This document shows positions 29,682-32,000 of a stretch of DNA of 32,000 nt, one piece after another. Numbering within the stretch: position 1 is the first letter of the stretch; each line of letters begins with the position of its first letter. A model generated the notes under the pieces. It was not told where the DNA came from. It saw only the letters and a program-made list of their open reading frames with translations, and made no database searches. The stretch lies in the NCBI RefSeq assembly GCF_000009045.1, contig NC_000964.3, positions 1,920,001 to 1,952,000 on the forward strand, given 5' to 3'. The stretch comes from Bacillus subtilis subsp. subtilis str. 168 (GTDB lineage: Bacteria; Bacillota; Bacilli; Bacillales; Bacillaceae). The translations under genes were made by a program, and so were the position numbers.

Positions 29682-31211
29682 TTACACCGGATAAACCGGA
29701 TGCTTTCGATTGGTAAATGTCATTTCCTTTGTCATGTATGCCTTGAGCCGTTTGGCCAGCTCATCACGCAGCGAATTGGCTGGGATAACAGCATCAATGA
29801 TCATTTCTGAAGCCAGACGGTAGATATTGATGTCCTCTTTGTATTCCTCCCGTTTGCTGCTGATAAATGCGGCTCTCTCTTCTTCTGGCAGCTCGGCGAT
29901 TTTTTTAGCGTAGACAGCGTTTACAGCGGCCTCAGGGCCCATGACGGCGATTTGGGCGGTTGGGAGCGCTAGACAGCAATCCGGTTCAAATGCCGGCCCT
30001 GCCATTGCATACAACCCCGCCCCGTAAGCTTTTCGGACAATGACAGAGAGTTTTGGAACAGTTGCCTCCGACATCGCAGAAATCATTTTCGCTCCGTGTC
30101 TGATAATCCCAGCCTGTTCTACTTTTGTGCCAATCATAAAACCGGGGATATCGGCTAAGAACAGCAATGGGATATGAAAAGCGTCACATAAGGTAATAAA
30201 CTTAGCCGCTTTGTCTGCTGAATCGTGGAATAAGACGCCTCCTTTTACCTTCGGCTGGTTTGCAACAATGCCGACAGGCTGTCCGTGGATTCGTGCGAGG
30301 CCCGTCAATAATTCCGGTGCAAATAAGGCTTTGATCTCAAAAAATGAGTCTTCATCTATGACCCGCTCAATGAGCTCATGCATATCAAAAGGTGCGTTTT
30401 GATTTTGCGGAATGACGTCGGCAAGCGGAGTTTCGAAGTGTTTTGGCGGGCGTTTCTCATGAATGGGCGCTTTTTCTTGAAAATTTGCCGGAAAGTAAGA
30501 CAAATAAGCCCGCACCAGCTGTATGGCTTCTTCTTCAGTTTCTGCAAGAATATCTCCGCAGCCGGAGATTGAGCAATGCATACGGGCGCCACCCATTTCT
30601 TCGAGAGACACTTTTTCTCCAATAACCATTTCCGCCATCCTTGGCGAACCTAAATACATGGAGGCGTTACCGTCTACCATAACGACGATATCACAGAAGG
30701 CCGGAATATAAGCGCCTCCTGCCGCAGATGGTCCGAAAAGCAGACAGATTTGCGGAATGCGTCCCGATAATTTGACTTGATTGTAAAAAATTCTTCCTGC
30801 ACCGCGTCTCCCTGGAAAGACATTGATTTGGTCGGTAATTCGGGCGCCTGCCGAATCGACTAAATAAATGAGCGGACAGTTTAATTTTTCGGCGATTTCT
30901 TGAATTCTGATGATTTTTTCAACTGTTTTTGCTCCCCATGACCCCGCTTTCACTGTTGAATCATTCGCCATGACGCAAACGGTTTGGCCGCCGATTTTGC
31001 CGATAGCGGTTACAACTCCGTCAGCGGGAAGCCCGTCTGACATACATTCCGCAAAAAAAGCGTCTTCTAGCTCAATGTCATCGTCAAAGAGAAGGGAAAG
31101 CCGCTCTCTGACAAAGAGCTTGCCTTTTTCCCGATTGCTTTGATGATACTTTTCCGCTCCGCCTTTTCGAATCCGTTCAGCCCGTTCTGTTCGTTCCTTT
31201 TCATAATCCAT
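29682..31211 (-). CDS. yngE: Acyl-CoA carboxylase carboxyltransferase (beta) subunit YngE
   Basis: Carboxyltransferase motifs YLVDSAGARITDQ, GPSAAGGAYIPAFCD, DIPGFMIGTKVEQAGIIRHGAKM. True start near 31211/31217 (MLMDYEKERTERAER) after gggaggc; the ORF track over-extends to 31469. Confidence 0.94.
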   Translation of the reverse strand: MDYEKERTERAERIRKGGAEKYHQSNREKGKLFVRERLSLLFDDDIELEDAFFAECMSDGLPADGVVTAIGKIGGQTVCVMANDSTVKAGSWGAKTVEKIIRIQEIAEKLNCPLIYLVDSAGARITDQINVFPGRRGAGRIFYNQVKLSGRIPQICLLFGPSAAGGAYIPAFCDIVVMVDGNASMYLGSPRMAEMVIGEKVSLEEMGGARMHCSISGCGDILAETEEEAIQLVRAYLSYFPANFQEKAPIHEKRPPKHFETPLADVIPQNQNAPFDMHELIERVIDEDSFFEIKALFAPELLTGLARIHGQPVGIVANQPKVKGGVLFHDSADKAAKFITLCDAFHIPLLFLADIPGFMIGTKVEQAGIIRHGAKMISAMSEATVPKLSVIVRKAYGAGLYAMAGPAFEPDCCLALPTAQIAVMGPEAAVNAVYAKKIAELPEEERAAFISSKREEYKEDINIYRLASEMIIDAVIPANSLRDELAKRLKAYMTKEMTFTNRKHPVYPV

Positions 31212-31227
31212 CAGCATTGCCTCCCTT

Positions 31228-32000
31228 TTATATTCCCTTGTATACGGCCCGTCTTTTTTCTTGAAAGGCCTGAAGCCCTTCTCTCCTGTCTTTTGTCGGG
31301 ATGGTTTGTTCATACGCTTTTTGTTCAATCGCAAGGCCTGTAGCAAGATCTGTCTCCAATCCTTTATTGATTGCAAATTTAGCCTGACGGACAGCGATCG
31401 GTCCGTTGGCAGAAATGGCTGCGGCCAGTTCCTCTGCTTTTGGCATAAGGTCACAAGGAGCCGTGACATGCTCTACAAGGCCGATTTCTTTTGCTTCGTG
31501 TGCGGTCACGCGTCTGCCTGTATAAATGAATTCTTTTGCTTTTCCTCTGCCAATCAGCCGGGGCAGCCTTTGGGTCCCTCCAGCGCCCGGGATAATAGCT
31601 AACCCTGTTTCCGGAAGTCCCAGCACAGCTGCTTCAGTTGCGATTCGAAGGTCGCATGCCAATGCCAATTCTAGTCCGCCGCCTAATGCGCTTCCATTTA
31701 TCGCAGCTATGACCGGCTGCGGCAAGGCATCAAGTAAAGCCGCCGTTCTTTGAATGAGAGATACACTTTCCAGAACCTGATCTTCTTTCAGTTTTATCCG
31801 TTCCTTCAGGTCTGCCCCTGCACAAAACGCTTTTTCACCGGTGCCTGTGAGGATGACGCAACGGATGTTTGAGTTAAATTCAATTTCCTGGATAATCATT
31901 TGCAGGTTTCTAAGCATTTCCGCTGAAAGAGCATTTGCTGCCTGAGGCCTGTTTAAGGTGATCAACGCCATATGTTCATTTTTAACAGTAAAAAGAATAG
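31228..32000 (-). CDS. yngF: Enoyl-CoA hydratase/isomerase family protein YngF, 5'-truncated by window edge
   Basis: LNRPQAANALSAEMLRNL, GTGEKAFCAGADLKE, GSALGGGLELALACDLRIA. The frame stays open past ORF-track Met 31971 to the window end (...ILFTVKNEHMALITL). Confidence 0.93.
   Translation of the reverse strand, partial: ILFTVKNEHMALITLNRPQAANALSAEMLRNLQMIIQEIEFNSNIRCVILTGTGEKAFCAGADLKERIKLKEDQVLESVSLIQRTAALLDALPQPVIAAINGSALGGGLELALACDLRIATEAAVLGLPETGLAIIPGAGGTQRLPRLIGRGKAKEFIYTGRRVTAHEAKEIGLVEHVTAPCDLMPKAEELAAAISANGPIAVRQAKFAINKGLETDLATGLAIEQKAYEQTIPTKDRREGLQAFQEKRRAVYKGI

Noticed and set aside
31211-31469. N-terminal extension of yngE in the ORF track
   Set aside because: Overlaps the end of yngF by about 240 bp in another frame; the RBS gggagg and the conserved start MDYEKERTERAER place the start near 31211.

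Overview
The window is an ordinary chromosomal stretch of a Bacillus subtilis-group genome. I recognise the gene order and proteins from general knowledge; no search was run. It starts inside tkt (5' end outside) and ends inside yngF (5' end outside). Order: tkt, sirA(yneE), yneF, ynzD(Spo0E-like, -), ccdA, yneI, ccdC(yneJ), yneK(-), cotM(-), sspP(-), sspO(-), citB, yneN, small FbpB-like ORF, sspN, tlp, yneP, yneQ, yneR(-), plsY(-), yneT, parE, parC, two small uncharacterised membrane ORFs (-), alsT/glnT, bglC/eglS, ynfE, xynC(-), xynD(-), yngA, yngB, yngC, nrnB(yngD)(-), yngE(-), yngF(-). I found no rRNA, tRNA, CRISPR array, transposon or prophage, and no convincing novel defence or biosynthetic system. 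The points worth a second look are small: a perfect TnrA/GlnR-type box at alsT, a near-perfect LexA box at parE, CcpC-like and CodY-like boxes at citB, an orphan terminator-like hairpin upstream of yngA, a probable CTG start for yngA, a small ORF overlapping the xynD start, a His/Met-rich small membrane protein pair, and several sub-60-aa ORFs absent from the supplied ORF track.
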